31,481 nt of DNA from positions 1-31,481 of the IMG/VR virus record IMGVR_UViG_3300045988_080512; one strand, written 5' to 3'. The stretch is from a virus. Below, in pieces: positions 29,363-31,481 of this stretch (positions within the stretch are counted from its first letter, which is position 1; every line of letters starts with the position of its first letter). The translations under genes were made by a program, and so were the position numbers. The notes beneath the pieces were generated by a model that was not told the DNA's origin, made no database searches, and saw only the letters and a program-made list of their open reading frames with translations.

Positions 29363-29689
29363 TTAATCCAAGTATTTATAAACTATATCTATTAGTTTGG
29401 TAATCATATCTTTAATTAGAATCATACAATCCTTTATAACTGGAGTCATAAATGCGATTAAAGCAATATATGCAATCATTAAGAAGCTTAATTGTCCAGT
29501 TACTAAGATATATAGTAAACTTGCCCACCAAGTACAGCATAGAGAACATCCAAATAAAGGTATAGACCAATCAGTGTATTTAACTCCAGGATATAGTTTA
29601 CTTCATACCCATCTATTTGCCTTGTCCATAGCTCCAGATAAATCAATACAGAAGACAAGAATAATAGCTATAAAAAGTATGCTTAACAT
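29363..29689 (-). CDS. hypothetical multi-pass membrane protein (108 aa)
   Basis: ATG 29687-29689 to TAA 29363-29365 with one TGA at 29603. Translation: MLSILFIAIILVFCIDLSGAMDKANRWV-W-SKLYPGVKYTDWSIPLFGCSLCCTWWASLLYILVTGQLSFLMIAYIALIAFMTPVIKD... Hidden in the standard code. It competes with, and I prefer it to, plus-strand track ORF 29397..29711. Confidence 0.5.
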
Positions 29690-29928
29690 AACCTCTCTCT
29701 TATTTGTTTAATAAATCTCTGAATAGTCGTATGACTAATTCCCAGAATCTTCCCAACTTCTCTATAACTTCGATATTCAGCATATAAGATAATTATGGTC
29801 TTATCTGCTCTATTTAATGCTTCTCATTTCGGATAAATTGAAAGTAATCTATCATCCATCTCTGTAAAGGTATCTATTTCAAAGTTATACTCAATTAATA
29901 AATCATCAATATTAATCTTCTGCTTCAT
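29683..29928 (-). CDS. HTH protein resembling sigma-70 region 4 (81 aa)
   Basis: ATG 29926-29928 to TAA 29683-29685 with TGA at 29824. RADKTIIILYAEYRSYREVGKILGISHTTIQRFIKQIRERL has the region-4/LuxR-type HTH pattern. Hidden in the standard code. Confidence 0.5.
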
Positions 29929-30220
29929 TTAACCAATCCTCTAAATTATCCGTTTGTTGTTCTAATGGCTCTTTAAATATTTCATAGTACTTTTTATATT
30001 GGTAATAGTATCTACTATTCTTAGAAAACCAATTATTCTTAAATACTCTTGTAATCCAATACTTCAGCTCATTCTTACTATCTAATGACTGAAGCTTGGA
30101 ATTAGATGTTTCCAGAAGTGCAATCAAACACATCTGGAAACAATCGTCATCCATCCCAAATTTAACCTTTAGTTCTAAGCAGAATTCATAATATTTGGTA
30201 AGTATTTCATTATTCGTCAT
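29912..30220 (-). CDS. protein resembling sigma-70/ECF region 2 (102 aa)
   Basis: DDDCFQMCLIALLET...NELKYWITRVFKNNWFSKNSRYY resembles the region 2 pattern (D..Qe....l......f..Wl..ia.N...d..R). Weak, eye-level similarity only. Confidence 0.4.
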   Translation of the reverse strand: MTNNEILTKYYEFCLELKVKFGMDDDCFQMCLIALLETSNSKLQSLDSKNELKYWITRVFKNNWFSKNSRYYYQYKKYYEIFKEPLEQQTDNLEDWLNEAED

Positions 30221-30638
30221 TTCTTATATAATTACTAAAGTCTATTTCTAATTTAATTGCTTTCTTTAAAGATAACTCTGTTTTTAAAGAGTATTTATAT
30301 TCTCCTCCAAAATCAGTTGTACTTCTTCCATATTTCATTGAATCTTTAATAAAAGCTCTTTTTACATCTTTATAAATATAAACTCCATCATCAAATATAA
30401 TGACTAATATAGAGTTACATTTACTAAGTATATCAAACTTATCCCTGTTTATAATTGTAGTTGGATATTTATCTGATTTAAATCTTCTCCTTTTAACTTC
30501 AATTATATAGTCTATATTATTCCAAGTAAATGTTCCATCATATCTGGAATAATCGTCTTTACATCATTCTATTTCTATATTATATTTATCTTTAAATAGA
30601 TTCTTTATAAAGACTAAACTTCTTATATCTGTTTTCAT
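30210..30638 (-). CDS. PD-(D/E)XK-like nuclease (142 aa)
   Basis: ATG 30636-30638 overlaps the upstream TAA (TAATG); the gene ends at TAA 30210-30212, with TGA at 30564. RYDGTFTWNNIDYIIEVKRR fits D-x13-E-x-K. Hidden in the standard code. Confidence 0.45.
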
Positions 30639-30877
30639 TATCTTACATTATGAATTTTTAAGGTTACATCACAATACTGTTCATATAATTCAGATACTTC
30701 TGAACTTCCAGGATTATACCACATTACAGAGTCTAATTTATGCTGAAGTTCTGCCTGTTCTAATCTAAGCTCAAATGTTTTAGTTTGGTAGTCTCCATAA
30801 GCATTATATACTCTAATACCAGCTATAATAAAGCTAAGTACTAATAATCCAGCTAATATTTTATTTATCTTTTTCAT
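30638..30877 (-). CDS. small signal-anchor membrane protein (79 aa)
   Basis: The track ORF starts at a TTG (30919). The first ATG, 30875-30877, gives MKKINKILAGLLVLSFIIAGIRVYNAY..., a basic N-terminus followed by a TM helix. Confidence 0.5.
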   Translation of the reverse strand: MKKINKILAGLLVLSFIIAGIRVYNAYGDYQTKTFELRLEQAELQHKLDSVMWYNPGSSEVSELYEQYCDVTLKIHNVR

Positions 30878-30888
30878 AATTAAATATA

Positions 30889-31068
30889 TTAGAAAGAAAT
30901 ACCTAAACCAAAAAACCAAGAGGATTTCTTTACCTTTTCATTGGTTTCAATCTCCTTTAATGCCTCATTACATAATTCTTGAGCTTTCTCAATAGAACCA
31001 TCTTCAGTAATCTTACCATCTAATATATCAAGAAAATATTCAAGTGCTTCAATTTGTTTAGTTTTCAT
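30889..31068 (-). CDS. hypothetical small protein (59 aa), first gene of the minus-strand block
   Basis: ATG 31066-31068 to TAA 30889-30891. Translation: MKTKQIEALEYFLDILDGKITEDGSIEKAQELCNEALKEIETNEKVKKSSWFFGLGISF. One codon below the track cutoff. Confidence 0.4.
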   Translation of the reverse strand: MKTKQIEALEYFLDILDGKITEDGSIEKAQELCNEALKEIETNEKVKKSSWFFGLGISF

Positions 31069-31104
31069 AATTTATAAAGTTTAATTGTTAATATTATGTC
31101 TTAC

Positions 31105-31122
31105 TTTCATAGTGCAAATATA
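31105..31122 (-). promoter_or_regulatory. candidate Bacteroidota-type promoter for the minus-strand block (left arm of an 18-bp inverted repeat)
   Basis: The minus strand reads TATATTTGCACTATGAAA. TATATTTG matches the -7 consensus TAnnTTTG. A TTTG lies 20 nt upstream (plus coordinates 31143-31146). The ATG at 31068 is 46 nt downstream. Confidence 0.45.
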
Positions 31123-31189
31123 CAACATTATTTTTAAATCTCCAAATATTTTTGCATTTATTTTTCTTGCATAATTAAAAATTTATTCA

Positions 31190-31207
31190 TATATTTGCAC
31201 TATGAAA
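31190..31207 (+). promoter_or_regulatory. candidate Bacteroidota-type promoter for the plus-strand genes (right arm of the inverted repeat)
   Basis: The plus strand reads TATATTTGCACTATGAAA, identical to the minus-strand reading of 31105-31122. The -33-like element is CTTG, 20 nt upstream. The ATG at 31218 is 20 nt downstream. Confidence 0.45.
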
Positions 31208-31217
31208 ATAATAAACT

Positions 31218-31481
31218 ATGAAAGGGTATATTTATAAAATAACTAATACAATAAATAATAAGTGTTATATTGGTCAAACTAGAACTAATATTAACAAAAG
31301 ATGGAATAAACATAAGTTTGTAAGTACAGATCCAAGTAATAAAGCTTATAATTATCCATTATATAACGCTTTTAGAAAATACGGAATAGATAAGTTTAAA
31401 TGAGAAATATTAGAGGAATTAGATGATAATTTAGAAGATTTAATTATAAAGCTAAATAATCTTGAAATATATTATATATCT
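31218..31481 (+). CDS. GIY-YIG homing endonuclease (partial, runs off the window)
   Basis: MKGYIYKITNTINNKCYIGQTRTNINKRWNKH...YNAFRKYGIDKFK-W-EILEELDDN... The track ORF stops at TGA 31401, but the frame stays open to the window end. The TGA sits at the position before the EILE block. Confidence 0.8.

Noticed and set aside
29397-29711. Plus-strand 104-aa ORF.
   Set aside because: The opposite strand holds a tightly packed 108-aa membrane-protein ORF (29363..29689, one TGA) that fits the operon structure. The plus ORF would be an isolated gene facing against the whole block.
29912-29928. The sigma-like region 2 and region 4 ORFs might be fused by programmed +1 frameshifting.
   Set aside because: The overlap is only 17 nt and has no slippery or rare-codon motif that I can recognise. 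The downstream ORF has its own ATG preceded by an in-frame TAA. Two separate polypeptides is the simpler reading.
2183-31068. The fragmented ORFs could be pseudogenes, frameshifts or sequencing errors (a decaying prophage).
   Set aside because: All interruptions are TGA and none is TAA or TAG. The frame never shifts across any of the roughly 42 sites. The interrupted genes include essential ones (terL, tape-measure-like gene, endolysin). Decay would give mixed stops and frameshifts.
2183-31481. TGA might encode Gly (code 25, Gracilibacteria/Absconditabacteria phages), selenocysteine, or be subject to programmed readthrough.
   Set aside because: The aligned residues are classic Trp positions (NLEW, RW, GWD-like, PWNK, KNW/KGW with a TGG paralog). 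About 42 sites without any recognisable SECIS-like context is incompatible with Sec. One site (CQTCN-TGA-C at 2363) is uninformative by itself.
1-31481. Searched for tRNA (especially a suppressor tRNA), rRNA, CRISPR arrays, integrase/att sites and a reverse transcriptase/DGR.
   Set aside because: The only non-coding gaps (1731-1794, 6962-7114, 14181-14263, 17601-17712, 26511-26774, 31069-31217) are AT-rich and lack cloverleaf-compatible GC stems or regularly spaced direct repeats. No ORF shows integrase or RT motifs.

Overview
AT-rich segment of a tailed-phage (Caudoviricetes) genome. One minus-strand block of about 29 kb (31068 down to 2183) carries, in order: small regulators, terS/terL, two very large tail/baseplate-like proteins, a tape-measure-like protein, an XkdF-like protease, scaffold, an HK97-type major capsid protein, a receptor-binding array (three LRR/DUF285-like paralogs alternating with coiled-coil fibers), portal, neck-like proteins and a holin/M15-endolysin cassette. 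Plus-strand early/replication genes sit at both ends (SF2 helicase 12..1730; GIY-YIG gene from 31218).

Main result: the supplied standard-code ORF track is fragmented because TGA is a sense codon here, almost certainly Trp (a code 4-like reading). I translated every gap by hand. Each break is one TGA with the same frame open on both sides. At least 42 in-frame TGAs merge about 35 fragments into 20 genes, which then abut or overlap the next start. Every gene ends in TAA or TAG.

TGA falls on invariant Trp positions of GIY-YIG, HNH, NUMOD3, XkdF and M15 motifs. At two paralogous positions inside this window one copy uses TGG and the other uses TGA. The peptidoglycan peptidase, the absence of Shine-Dalgarno sequences and a divergent promoter pair matching TAnnTTTG all argue for a walled, standard-code host, probably Bacteroidota, and against a Mollicute.

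Other observations: five free-standing homing-endonuclease genes, a duplicated RBP cassette, a 50-nt conserved hairpin element present twice in opposite orientation, a split sigma-like gene pair, and several genes invisible under the standard code. No tRNA (including a suppressor), rRNA or CRISPR array was seen. Product calls rest on motif recognition by eye; no searches were run.
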